Source of the DNA: Fistulifera solaris
Lineage: Eukaryota
Length of the DNA stretch: 64,000 nucleotides
Assembly: GCA_030295235.1 (NCBI GenBank)
Contig: AP026144.1
Coordinates: forward strand, 682,001-746,000
Reading direction: 5' to 3'
Positions within the stretch are counted from its first letter, which is position 1. Each line of letters starts with the position of its first letter. Of the stretch, positions 27,045-38,450 are shown in pieces. The notes beneath the pieces were generated by a model. It worked only from the letters and a program-made list of their open reading frames with translations. It did not search any database and had not been told where the DNA came from. The translations under genes were made by a program, and so were the position numbers.

Positions 27045-29507
27045 ATGAGGATAGGGATGATCGTATGTTGCCTCCTCGGGATCCCATGGACCCACGCGTT
27101 TGTGACGAGCCCACCACCGCGCGGTCGTCGGCATCCCGAGCGTTACGCCACGATAGAAGCCATTTTAGAAGATTCGCGTGTCAAATTCGATATGGATATT
27201 GCCGTTTTTTGCGGAGGACTAGCATTTGATGCTTATGTTGAGCCACCAGCGGATAGCAGTCGCTGGGAAACGGGCAGCAAGGGATGGAAGGTGGCTTTTT
27301 GTTCCGAGGCGTTTACACGGAATCTTTACCAAGGCCTGGTCAAAGTAAAAGTCAAAAAGATCCTCGACTTACCGAGTAATCCCGATGGTGACAACGCCGC
27401 CGAACAAATTGTGACAGGCAAGGGTGTCGACGCGTGTTTGCTAGTCGCTGTATTGGAGGGTCACTGGAAGGAGGACATCGATTTGCTAGAGAAGGAGCAA
27501 TATCACGATGGAGTGTTGGGATTGACGGGAGCCGCACATGTAGGGAGAACAAGTACGGCATGGTCGAATGTGGATGAGCGGGCGAGTCAGCAAAGTCTGA
27601 AACAGCGGGGCGAACCGAAGCCGTATCATATTCCTGCCACGTGGGGCAAAGGTGGCATAGCCGTATGGCCGGAAGCACCACCCCAGGACCGGAAGCAGGT
27701 CAAGGAATCCGACAGTCCTAAGAAAGGACCCGTCACGAATCGGAGCAATCAATTTTTTCTTTACGTTCAAGATCCCAGCACAGCGCGACTGGTCTTTACC
27801 GTAGCGGATGACAATCGAGTTGGAGGTCTTGTTGGGGTAGGCTCGACTCATAAGCGCTTGACCAGTCTCATTCCAAAAGCAGCAAATGCACCGGAGCAGT
27901 GGATGGACGAATGGAAGAAAGCGATGATCGAACAGGCCCGTCGAAAGGGTGAAACAGATGAGTTCGAGGTGCCAGCGATAGATCCTTCCAAATTAGGAGC
28001 TTCATGGGAAGGAAAGCTCAAACTCATATCGAAACCACGAAAGAAGAGCAAACAAGGACAAATTATGACCGGAGTCGCCGCAGGGGCGGCTGTGGCTGGT
28101 CCAATGGGAGCTGCAGCTGGATTTGTGATCGGGAATTTGTACGAGGGACAAGTGCAAGGCGTTATTGAGTGCGAATTGAATTATTTACCGATTTTACCAA
28201 ATCAAGCTGCACGAAGACCGGTGTATACGGTGAAGGGAGGAATGCCTGGTATTGACTGGGGTGAACTTTTCCAGAAGTACCAATCGCGCAAAAGTCAGTT
28301 ATCTGAGAATTTCAGCCAGCCAAGCCCGTCCGTGTCAGACATTGGGCATAAACTGAGAGAGATGAAAGATCTCGAACACTGTTTTTTTGTGAATCATGAT
28401 ATCACAGGCGGTACATGTGCTGTTTATCGATCTTTGGAGAAAAAGGTGATCGTCGTGTCGTTTCGAGGCACTTGTGAACCGGTGGACTTGTTCACCGACA
28501 CGACTTTGGTACAAGAGCCATGGATTGAAGGAGAGGATATGAAAGATCCTGAAATCATTAAAGTTCATTCTGGTTTTCGAACATCCATGGATTCCATTTC
28601 GAGGAGGTTGAAGGAGCTTATATTGGCGACGCCGGCACCGGGTGATGACATATCGGATTACGATATGCTGGTAACAGGACATTCGCTGGGTGGTGCTCTC
28701 GCCACACTGTTCATTGCCGACATAGGCGAACATGGAATCGATGCCGGTCGCGGTTTACCTCAATCGAAACCCTCCGATGTGTGGTGGAAGAGCATTGCCA
28801 ACACGCTCACTGGCCAAAAGGCTGCGGATATGGAAGACAAAAGGCCTCCACGCCCGAAGTCGTTATACTTGTACAACTTTGGAAGTCCCCGAGTCGGTAA
28901 TGAACGCTTCCGTATCATGTTTGACTCTCTTCTCGCCGATGGCCGCATCACACAGGCCTACCGAGTGGTAAATGGCGAAGATGTGGTGGCGCGATTGCCC
29001 CGGACAGTCAATGCTCTCGTGTTCGGTAACGTTGGCTACGATCACGTGGGGACTACCGTCTTGGTCAAAGACCCTAGCCAAGCCGACGATGGCGAACCGT
29101 TATTGTGGGTCGAGGGCGAATCAGATGACAATACTTGTCCCGTTCGCGATGGCATTGCGTTAACCAACCCTTTGAGTGAAGGGTCCTTGCTCGCCGACCT
29201 AATTAACGCGACCAAGACTGTACTCAACGATGAAGACAATTCGAAGAATTTTGATCTGTGGACCAAAGTCGGTAGCGCCGCCATGATGGTGACCGAACGC
29301 TTCAAAACGGTCTCCGCCAGTGACCTGGCGTCGGTGTTGGGTATCGATCAGAAGTTTACGGAACGTGAGGTTCGAATCATTCAAAGCCTTTTGGAAGGGA
29401 AAGCAGTAGCTCACCACATGGAAGATCAGTATTACGGATCGATGGGACGGGCTTGCGGATACAAAGCGGTAGTTGGTGAAGAACTTGTCGAGTTGCAAGA
29501 TACTTAG
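27045..29507 (+). CDS. Class 3 lipase (alpha/beta hydrolase), probably plastid-targeted
   Basis: VVSFRGT, VHSGF, VTGHSLGGALA, YNFGSPRVGN, RVVNGEDVVARLP. Signal peptide ends THA|FVT. Confidence 0.9.
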   Translation: MRIGMIVCCLLGIPWTHAFVTSPPPRGRRHPERYATIEAILEDSRVKFDMDIAVFCGGLAFDAYVEPPADSSRWETGSKGWKVAFCSEAFTRNLYQGLVKVKVKKILDLPSNPDGDNAAEQIVTGKGVDACLLVAVLEGHWKEDIDLLEKEQYHDGVLGLTGAAHVGRTSTAWSNVDERASQQSLKQRGEPKPYHIPATWGKGGIAVWPEAPPQDRKQVKESDSPKKGPVTNRSNQFFLYVQDPSTARLVFTVADDNRVGGLVGVGSTHKRLTSLIPKAANAPEQWMDEWKKAMIEQARRKGETDEFEVPAIDPSKLGASWEGKLKLISKPRKKSKQGQIMTGVAAGAAVAGPMGAAAGFVIGNLYEGQVQGVIECELNYLPILPNQAARRPVYTVKGGMPGIDWGELFQKYQSRKSQLSENFSQPSPSVSDIGHKLREMKDLEHCFFVNHDITGGTCAVYRSLEKKVIVVSFRGTCEPVDLFTDTTLVQEPWIEGEDMKDPEIIKVHSGFRTSMDSISRRLKELILATPAPGDDISDYDMLVTGHSLGGALATLFIADIGEHGIDAGRGLPQSKPSDVWWKSIANTLTGQKAADMEDKRPPRPKSLYLYNFGSPRVGNERFRIMFDSLLADGRITQAYRVVNGEDVVARLPRTVNALVFGNVGYDHVGTTVLVKDPSQADDGEPLLWVEGESDDNTCPVRDGIALTNPLSEGSLLADLINATKTVLNDEDNSKNFDLWTKVGSAAMMVTERFKTVSASDLASVLGIDQKFTEREVRIIQSLLEGKAVAHHMEDQYYGSMGRACGYKAVVGEELVELQDT

Positions 29508-29669
29508 AATATGAAGTGACTGGGCGGTAATAGGTTTATAATAGAATAGATAATTGTTGGTTTTACTTTGTACCATTTAGCCTATTGAATTTCCTCAAAG
29601 GAGAATTTTAATCTACAGCAATTTATGAAACAATTCCACAGAGGATGGATATATTTACAATTTTCATTG

Positions 29670-30281
29670 TTAAACCAGTAGTAAAGCAGCAGCACTGGCT
29701 TGCCCCATGGCCTGCGCAAACAGACGACTCGGTCGGCTGATCGATTCACAGCTGATGCGAATAATTTCTTCGGAGGTTTGCGATTGTTGTAAATCCAAAA
29801 GGAGTTCCGCCAATTCAAAACGACGTACTTGCCGATCTTTGCTCATCGATCGAGCGGTCCATCGTTCCATTCCGACGCGGTTGGGTGCGGCGGTGATCCA
29901 TCGTTGTAAATGATGGCGCTCGGAGGGTGTCGATAGGATTTGGAAGGGTTCGTGTTCAGAAACCGCGCTCTTGCAAATCGTAAACGAGTGTTCCAACACA
30001 CGTTGATAGCTGAAGGGTGCCCGGTTTTGCGATTCAAATTGAATGATCGTTTTGGCCATGCCCATGGTATTTCGCTTGAACATTTTGTAATCAGCTGCTG
30101 TATACCATAGCTCCGCGCAGTCTTCGCTGCACAGCATTTGATTCTCGTGGTAGACATTGGCCATACCGTCGAAGGAAACCGTTCTCGTACTTTCACGAGT
30201 CGTTGACTTCGGTCGATCAACAGTGACCGTCGATGAGACGGACGAGCAGTCTAGAAGAGATAGATCGCGTTGTACACCCAT
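29670..30281 (-). CDS. Hypothetical protein
   Basis: 203 aa ATG ORF with a VSF...LWYT...VGMER...SISRPSRLFA pattern that I associate with a diatom-expanded family (from recall, not searched). Confidence 0.65.
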   Translation of the reverse strand: MGVQRDLSLLDCSSVSSTVTVDRPKSTTRESTRTVSFDGMANVYHENQMLCSEDCAELWYTAADYKMFKRNTMGMAKTIIQFESQNRAPFSYQRVLEHSFTICKSAVSEHEPFQILSTPSERHHLQRWITAAPNRVGMERWTARSMSKDRQVRRFELAELLLDLQQSQTSEEIIRISCESISRPSRLFAQAMGQASAAALLLV

Positions 30282-30924
30282 CGTTTTTTCCTATTCTTGG
30301 TGAAGTTGATTGCTAGTGTTAGCAACTTAAAAAAAAGAAAAAAATTGTGACACCGAAAAGAGGCGAGAAGAAAGAAAGAAAGTGCGAATTCGGGTCTGGC
30401 ATCGGGACATTTCTCCACTTCACCGAACACAAAGAACCGACGAACGGATCTTTTCCGGGGAGCATTCAGAATTTGAATTGGATATTCTCTTATTTTATAC
30501 CGTTTCTCTGCTTTACATTACTCCCCGTTCTTCAACGGACCTTTTTTCCCGCATGCCGTTTTCGGCCCAAATTCTGTGGCCCAAGCAAGTGGATAGGGAA
30601 AATCCGACTATCCGACAAACAGCAAGACCCCTATCAGCGAAGGAGGAAGAATCCTACTCGGCGTACTGTATCGTGTACAGACTCACTTCCCCGATTAACC
30701 CTTAACCCCGACCCGTGAATATCTAACTCAGGACTCAGTAACCTGTGAATAAAATAAAAGGACGAGATCCCAGTAAAAAAAAACAAACTAGCTCCTAACA
30801 ATGACAAGCGTGCTTTTACTTTATATACAGAAGGAATAGAAAACCAAGAGATACCGTTGACAGGGTAGTTGAGCGTGCAAAAGCCGGTCAAAGGAGGCAA
30901 GTCCATCACCAACCACTGTCGAAA

Positions 30925-32630
30925 CTATTGACGTCTTATCCCCGATTGCGCATTGACCGATTCCAAAAGAACCACAGCGGGTGCTACTTTGGTTTCGAGG
31001 GTCCTTCGATCATAGGACGTTCGTTGCATTTGAATGCTGTGACCCATGTACAGTGCTAAAGCTTCGAGTTCCTTTTCGGAGGCATCGGTGGATTCCCGCA
31101 CGTGTGTGACCACCATGTCCCGCAACAAATGCGGATTGGTGCGCTTTCCCGTGTAACGATAACAGGCTCGCGATACAATTTGGTACAGCGAATCCTGGGT
31201 CAACGGTTTGCCGGTCCGGGGCTGCGCAAAGAGGAAATTGGTGCTGGGCTGTAAACAGGGACGCCAATGTTCCAAAAAATCGTCAATCGAATCGGTCAAT
31301 CGAGCATGTAATCGTAGTGGAGCACGCTGTCCGTACACTTTTCCGGTTTTGTAATCGTCCGCGCCGTGTCGGATCGTCCAACACTCATCGTCCTTCACGA
31401 ACGTCCGCCCCAATTCCAGCTCTCGAATAGTACGCTGTCGATCCGGAACGCTGGCAAAGATTTGTAAAATGAGATATTTTTGATACAATATAGCAATTTT
31501 TCTCCGTTCAGTGTTCTTTGCTTTTGGATCCAATAATTTCATTTCGTTCCGCAATTCCTCGCCCGCGCGCTGGACGACATGTAAAAATTGCGGCCAACTT
31601 AACCACTTTTGGGCCTCGTCACTCGATCGACCTGCCACGGATTGTTTGCGGTTCGCATCGCGTTGCAGCTTGCGCAATTCTCGTATGGCAGGTATGTCGT
31701 CGTAGGGTTGATTGGTGGCGGTGGAATCACTTTCGTGAGCGAAACGGTATTTGAATAGCTTGATCAGACCACGCACCAAATTGGCTTCGTACGACGCCGA
31801 AATCGAGCGTGTTTTCCGGAGCCAAAGTAAGAAAGCGACGACATCGCTCGCGGACTCTTTTCCTTGGTGGGGATAATGTCAAACAGCGAACTATTCCTTC
31901 CGAATTGGCCTCGGTGTTCCATATGCCATCCCAGAAAAAGGCGAGCGTGTCTCATGTAAACATCAGCTGTGGCTTTCCGTATAGGACTTTCTTGTTGCAA
32001 AATACTAGGTTCCATCATGAACTTGAAAAACGCCTCCAAGTCCTGCATCAGTCGGGGGTAATTCGGATCCTTCGGACGAAGGCCATAATTATCACTGGGA
32101 CGTGCTTTGGCTGTTGGATTGACAACGGTCTCTTTCATATGAGGCCGACGTGTGCTGTTGGTCATGTCATGGGCAAAAATTTCCGTCACTGGTGGCGAAC
32201 TTGTCAATGTCTGATTGGATGGGCCCTGGCTTTCTCCACTCTGGATGGCTGTCACTGCAGCATCGAGGACCGGCGCAAGGGCAGCTCGGGTATGGTGCGC
32301 CATCCAGGGCGGAAAACCAAAATCTTGAATAAGAACAGATGAGATCTTATCATTGTCTATTGACCGAAAAATTGCCTGCAGCGACGAACTATCCCCATTC
32401 TCCGCCAATAAGCCTTCTTGAATGAGCTTGTCGGTCAACTGCTTTTGTTGTTGCGTGTTTGGGCAATTTTGCAATAAATGGATGATGAAAGGATCCGAAC
32501 AGTCTTCATGGAAGAGCCTATTATTATTTAAAGCAGTTTTCAGACGGTCTACGGAAGTGAAATGCAACAAAGGCTGCCGTTGCGCGTCGGACAAGAAACA
32601 AAAAGAGAGCAACGAGTAACCGAAGAACAT
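30925..32630 (-). CDS. Tyrosine recombinase / phage-integrase-fold protein (~568 aa); frameshift near 31858
   Basis: Catalytic set in correct order: R (PDRQR, 31438-31440), K (DYKTG, 31348-31350), HxxR (PHLLRD, ~31120-31131), H (YMGHS, 31039-31041), Y (RTSYD, 31012-31014). Adding one A joins the two ORFs as PTKEKESASDVVAFLLWLRK. Confidence 0.85.
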
Positions 32631-33285
32631 AGCTGGGGCTTGAACTCGTCGAGATGCCCTTTTCCCGGAAGAAATAGTTTGCGGTGAGAAGAGTGATGTA
32701 AAGATCAAAGGAAACGTAAATGAGATGAATGGCTTTATGAATGAATGTTGATGGGCAAACGTTTCAAATTGGAGGCAAAATTCATCGGCGTCGAAAAAAT
32801 TGGAGGGAATTTTGAGTAGTGAGATTGTAGCTTCTCTGATAAATAGGATCCGTGATCAGGACGGCTTTCTTGAGTTTCAGAGTTGTCATGTCGTCTCATA
32901 GGATACACGTGTATATTGAATATATGAATTATCGGAACTAAATGGAAAAGAAGAAAGCTGTATACTTACAGATTCTTTTCCCCAACACGGCACTCCAACG
33001 AAAAGCATTACCACTGTCCAGTGCCACCGGCCATCGGCATTAAGGAAGGTTCTGCCGGGCGGTTCCAACAGTGGCTAAATAAATTTTATAGAATATTCAG
33101 AATGTATATAAAAACAGTCCAACCAATACCGGGTAATGCACCGAGGCGCGCGTTGATAGAGGAACCCGTTATGTTTCGCATTTCTGTTCACCTGGCTCAC
33201 TTTCATTGACCTGGTTGTTTCAAGCAAATCAACAACAGTTGCTATTTTGCTTCCCAACATTATAATTCGGTCGAAAGGAGTGATT

Positions 33286-34425
33286 ATGGAGCGGTGAGTC
33301 TATGAAAGAACGTGGACGGGTGTCCGGCTGCGGCCTTGTAGCGGCCGGGGCAAATGCCGAACAAATTGTCAAAAAAAAAGACGGGAAGAATGGAGCTTGC
33401 GATACAATGCGTTGCTATCTGTCAGTTGAATTGAAATCAATTCTATTTTGTTGTTGTGTGTTTAATCACCGACACATGGCTCACCTTTTCTCCTTTATCA
33501 TTTCGTCAACAATGACATTCCAATTCGGCACACGAAGCTACCAAAAATTGAAAAGCCGGACGCGGCCTTGGGAGAAGGAACCTACGGAGTCGTTTACAAG
33601 GCGAAGGATCTTGTCAATAATGAAATTGTTGCGTTGAAGCGTATCCGCCTCGAAGTCGAAGATGAAGGAATTCCTTCCACCGCGCTTCGAGAAATTAGCC
33701 TCCTACGAGAGTTGAACCATCGCAACATTGTAGATTTGAAAGATTGCGTGCAAGAAGATGGCCGCTTGTATCTTGTTTTTGAGTTTCTTGACAAGGACTT
33801 GAAGAAGTACATGGAATCTGTGAATGGGCTTCTCTCTGCTGCTCAGGTAAAGTCCTATCTTTTCCAGCTTTGCCGGGGCTTGGCCTTCTGCCATGCTCGC
33901 GGTGTCATGCACCGTGACTTGAAGCCACAAAACCTCTTGGTCACACGTGATGGGATTCTCAAAATCGCCGATTTTGGTCTAGCTCGAGCGTATTGTCCGC
34001 CAATTCGTCCGCTTACCCACGAAGTTGTCACTCTCTGGTATCGACCCCCGGAAATCCTTCTCGGGTCGCAAGCCTACGCTCCCCCGGTGGATGTCTGGGC
34101 CGTCGGTACCATTTTCGTCGAAATGGTGACCAAGCGTCCCCTCTTCCCCGGCGACTCAGAAATCGATCAGCTCTACAAGATTTTCCGACAACTCGGAACT
34201 CCTACCGAAAATGTCTGGCGTGGCGTTCAAACGCTCCAGGACTGGAACACGGCGTTCCCCATCTGGTACAAGTCCGATTTCTCGCCCGTCGTTTTGCAGA
34301 ATTTGGAGCCTGCCGGTTTGGAATTGCTCGAAATGTTCTTAGCCTACGATCCCAAGGACCGCATCACGGTGAAGGAGTCGCTGCACCATCCGTACTTTGA
34401 TGATTTGAACAAGGAGAACATTTAA
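33286..34425 (+). CDS. CDKA2: Cyclin-dependent kinase with PSTALRE motif (diatom CDKA2 type); intron 33294..33537; frameshift near 33543
   Basis: MER|YQKIEK...[55 protein letters not shown]. Confidence 0.93.
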
Positions 34426-34587
34426 TAATAACGATGGCTGCGTCAGCGCGCTAGAGCTCTTAATCGATTGTAGTAATCTACTGTTTATGATTTGCATACA
34501 ACTAGCTAGTAAAATCGTTTCTATTAGCTGACATTTAAATGGAAAAGAGTGCCATTACATTGTTAGCAAACGAAAAAAAGCCAGGCT

Positions 34588-36954
34588 CTACACAAGCTTC
34601 CCCGTGTGCCCACGTAGATTGTGGTCTTCCGGTGGCTGTACGCGGTCAAAGTGGGTCCGGCGTGTTATGCGGGTAAAAGGATTACCACCAGTTGTTTCAA
34701 CCTTCTTTCCGCAAGCATTATTGCTGCTCTCCAGGTAGTAGTTCAGTAACCTGGTAGTCGCGTGATCACCGGTGTCTACCCTCTTTCCTGTGCTGCGTCC
34801 TTCCAGCATCTGCTCCTTGACATTCAAAGCCAACTTTTTACCTAGCTCGACACCAAACTGATCGAAGGAGTTTATATCCCAAAGAAAGCCTTGAACAGTT
34901 GTGCGATGTTCGTAAAGTGCGAGAATTTGACCACAAGCGTATGCGGTCAGTTTTGGAAACAACAGAGAAAGACTCGGTCTATTTCCTTCAAAGACACGAT
35001 GAGCAACCACATCTTCATTGAGCTCACCGTCTTCACGCACTTCATCGGCCGTTTTACCAGTAGCAAGGGCATCCGGTTGAGCAAAGAAGTTCGCCATTAA
35101 CTCATCGTGCGACGACAGTGATTCCCCATCGACACAATAATCGTGCTGGCTCTCACAAAACCCAATGAAATCACAGGGAACTGTCTGTCCCATGTGTAGC
35201 AATTGATAGAATGAGTGCTGTCCATTCGTTCCGGCCTCACCAAAATCAATTTCCCCAACGGCATAATCGACTGGTGTACCATTCTTGGTCACAGTCTTGC
35301 CATTGGATTCCATGTCGAGTTGTTGGATGTGAGCGGGTAATTTGAGCAACGCTTCAGCATACGGTAGCGTGGTTCGAGACTTGTAGTTCAGAAAACTCAT
35401 GTTCCAGACTCCCAACAAACCCATGATGATTGGGATGTTCTTCTCGATCGGGTCATTTCGAAAATGATCATCCATAGATTCGGCACCACGTAGGAATTTC
35501 TCAAACAACTCAAAGCCATACAAAAGACTGATCGGCACAGCTCCCGCCGCGCTACAAACCGAGTAGCGACCGCCTACCCAATCCCAAAACCGAAAGAAAT
35601 AATTCTCGGTATCAATACCAAAATCCTTGACCTTCTCGATGGCAGAGATAGAAGCACACGCCACCATATGTTTCTCCACAACTTCCGGATCATTTCCCAT
35701 GAAATCCCACAGCCACTGTCGCATCGTTTTAGCGTTCAACATGGTTTCTGCCGTGGTAAAGGTTTTCGAAACAATGACAATGAGTGTTTCTTCGGGATCC
35801 AAATCTGCACACGTCCGTTCCACATCCACCGGATCCACATTACTCAAGAACCGCAAGTTGTATCCCAATGCCGCGGTGATCCCTTCTGGTTCCGTCTTTA
35901 AGCACTCGTGCACAAACTCGGGTCCCAAGTACGATCCACCAATCCCCACGGAAACAATATTCCGGAGTCGTTTTCCTGTATAACCACGGAGCTGTCCCGA
36001 TCGTACACCATTCGTAAAGACTTTGATTTGATCCAACACATCGTGCACTTCTTGAATAGCGTCGACATCTTCATCTACGAGAACAGTCCCGATTTTCGAT
36101 CGACTCGCCCGCAATGCCGTATGCAAGACGGCACGATCTTCCGTAAAATTGATTTTGTCACCACGGAACATGGCTTCAATCTTGCCCCGCAAATCTTGTC
36201 GTTTCGCTAAATCTCCCAATAATTTCATCGTCTCCACAGTCACGCGTTGTCGGGAGTAATCCAAATAAACCCCATCGTGCGTGGCATACAAGGCCTCGGA
36301 ACGGACCGCATCTTGCATCAGTTGTCGTAAATGAGTCGTTTGAATGTATTCAGCATGTTTTTGCAGTCGTTTCCATTCGGCGGTGCGACTGACCAACGTG
36401 GCCTTGCGCTGTATAATGTTGGCAAAGAAATTCAACACGGGGTTGGTGGCGCGGGGGGTCTCGGGTGTTGTTGGTGGAGCTTGTTGTTGTTGTTGTTGTT
36501 GTTGCTGTTGTGTTACGGGCAGTGTCGGTGATTCCTCTTCGACGACGGTTTCGTCATCGTCTTTGGCCGCCGCAACATGTTGCAAAGCCGGACGAACGAG
36601 TCGTACCGTGGCTTGATGATGTTGATCCCATGCCACACGGAAATTAGGTTTTAGTACATTCCAATTGTCTCGTTGATGCTGTTGCTGCTGCTGATGATGA
36701 TGATGTTTTTGTAATACGGAATAATCCCCCGTTTGTAAGGCATAATCGGCTTCTTCGGCCGAAGGTGATGGTGAATCAACGATGATTCGATCTATTTCTG
36801 ATGGTGACTCGGATGGTGATTGTGGTTGCGATGATGATGATTTGGCATTCAAGAGTGCCGCCGGTCGGAGTACCGTTGTATACAGAGGTGAAAAGCTAGA
36901 GATGAACGTTATTGTGAGAAGGCAAGAAGTGAAAAAGAAGAAAGGACATTTCAT
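34588..36954 (-). CDS. GPI: Glucose-6-phosphate isomerase, probably plastid-targeted, with long low-complexity N-extension
   Basis: INFTEDRAVLH, GIGGSYLGP, SKTFTTAET, WDWVGGRYSV, QQLDMESNGK, GTNGQHSFYQL, FDQFGVELGK. Signal peptide ends ISS|FSP. An alternative ATG lies at 36981. Confidence 0.95.
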   Translation of the reverse strand: MKCPFFFFTSCLLTITFISSFSPLYTTVLRPAALLNAKSSSSQPQSPSESPSEIDRIIVDSPSPSAEEADYALQTGDYSVLQKHHHHQQQQQHQRDNWNVLKPNFRVAWDQHHQATVRLVRPALQHVAAAKDDDETVVEEESPTLPVTQQQQQQQQQQAPPTTPETPRATNPVLNFFANIIQRKATLVSRTAEWKRLQKHAEYIQTTHLRQLMQDAVRSEALYATHDGVYLDYSRQRVTVETMKLLGDLAKRQDLRGKIEAMFRGDKINFTEDRAVLHTALRASRSKIGTVLVDEDVDAIQEVHDVLDQIKVFTNGVRSGQLRGYTGKRLRNIVSVGIGGSYLGPEFVHECLKTEPEGITAALGYNLRFLSNVDPVDVERTCADLDPEETLIVIVSKTFTTAETMLNAKTMRQWLWDFMGNDPEVVEKHMVACASISAIEKVKDFGIDTENYFFRFWDWVGGRYSVCSAAGAVPISLLYGFELFEKFLRGAESMDDHFRNDPIEKNIPIIMGLLGVWNMSFLNYKSRTTLPYAEALLKLPAHIQQLDMESNGKTVTKNGTPVDYAVGEIDFGEAGTNGQHSFYQLLHMGQTVPCDFIGFCESQHDYCVDGESLSSHDELMANFFAQPDALATGKTADEVREDGELNEDVVAHRVFEGNRPSLSLLFPKLTAYACGQILALYEHRTTVQGFLWDINSFDQFGVELGKKLALNVKEQMLEGRSTGKRVDTGDHATTRLLNYYLESSNNACGKKVETTGGNPFTRITRRTHFDRVQPPEDHNLRGHTGKLV

Positions 36955-37978
36955 CGTATTCGAGCATCTTCTCGCCATCATGCTTTGAATTGAAACAAAA
37001 GAAAGAGCCACCCAAACGAATCGTATATCACAAAAAAAACTATTGCGTTTGAAAAAATATGACACCGATCGCTGTCACGAGTATTCTCTTTCGCGCATAT
37101 GTATGACAGTTTTTTCCTCCTGTCACGTCACGATTGATTCTCCAATTAATAATAATAATAATGGCCCTCTGTTGGTATGATAAAAAAATCTCGACCCAAT
37201 CAATCACATGACTAGTTATCATCCTTTAAAAACACACATACTCCAGCAGCAAAATTAAAGAAAATAACATTTACGATAATTCGAGCAAACATTACTGTAA
37301 GTTTTGCTGTCGCAGCACCATACACACGCACACTCACCTTTGCACTTCTATTCTTCTCCACAGCAGATAAATTAGGATGGATATTCTGAACATTCTTTCT
37401 TTGTTGAAAACTATATCGGATGATTTGTCTTCTTCCGAAAGATGTATGCATGTATGTTTGTATGTATTGTAAACAACGACAATGCCGAGTTCCGAGACGG
37501 CTTGAAGTTGGCGGCTTTTTTTTTCAAAACAAAAAACCAAACAAAACGTCCTGCTCAGGGACAAACTGCAGAAGGGCGCTTTGGTTTCAACTTACAACGT
37601 CCAAAAGGGCAACTTCCGCGGCCAACACGCCAGCTGGCTCTTGTATAGATTATAGTGTACCAAGAACGCCCGCAGGCTATCTGTCGTATCGTGACCGGAA
37701 ATGCAAGCTACGGTTTGTTCAACTTCAAACACGAATCAAGAAGAAGTCACGGACGTCTGTACTTCCTTACGGCAAGGAAGCCTCATCGTCTCATCGTTCA
37801 TCGTGTATCGTGTCTCATTATTATTACTCCGTATTATTTTCGGATCGATCTCGCATTACCAGGTATTCCTTTCCAAAACGATTTATAGTTTCTCCTTATT
37901 GGCCGTTCGACAAAGGATGTACATAACACTCCAAAAGTCTTCTTCTTCTTCTTGTCTTATCATCTCTCCGACCTAACG

Positions 37979-38415
37979 ATGCCATCGTCCAAACGCTGGA
38001 TCCTTTCCAGTGCCCGAGCACTCTTCGAAAGGAAAGTTCTTCTTTCACGATCTCACTCGACGACGACGACAACGCAGAGAGGCTTGTATTCGATTCCGGA
38101 ATTGTTACAACCCAGAGATTTCATGATCTTGACGAAACGCGCCATTCAAGAATGTGATCAATTGCGTGCAGAAGTAGCATCGCAATGGAGGAGGAGTCGT
38201 CTGTCGTCATCGTCACAGAACAATTCGCGTTACACATTGTTTCAATTGGATGCCATCAGTAGGATCGTTTGCAATGTCATTGATGCGGCCGAATTGGCCC
38301 GTAGTACGCATGCCTGTGCGGAATGGAGAGATGCGGCACAACGCGCTTTTGTCGTATTGCAAGATTATATTGCTCAACTCAATGGCGACTGCACACTGTA
38401 TCGAGCTTTATTATT

Positions 38416-38450
<35 letters not shown>

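Noticed and set aside
30300..33280. Intact mobile element (Crypton, DIRS or viral insertion) around the recombinase
   Set aside because: No terminal repeats, target-site duplication or companion genes were seen by eye. A single window cannot fully exclude it.
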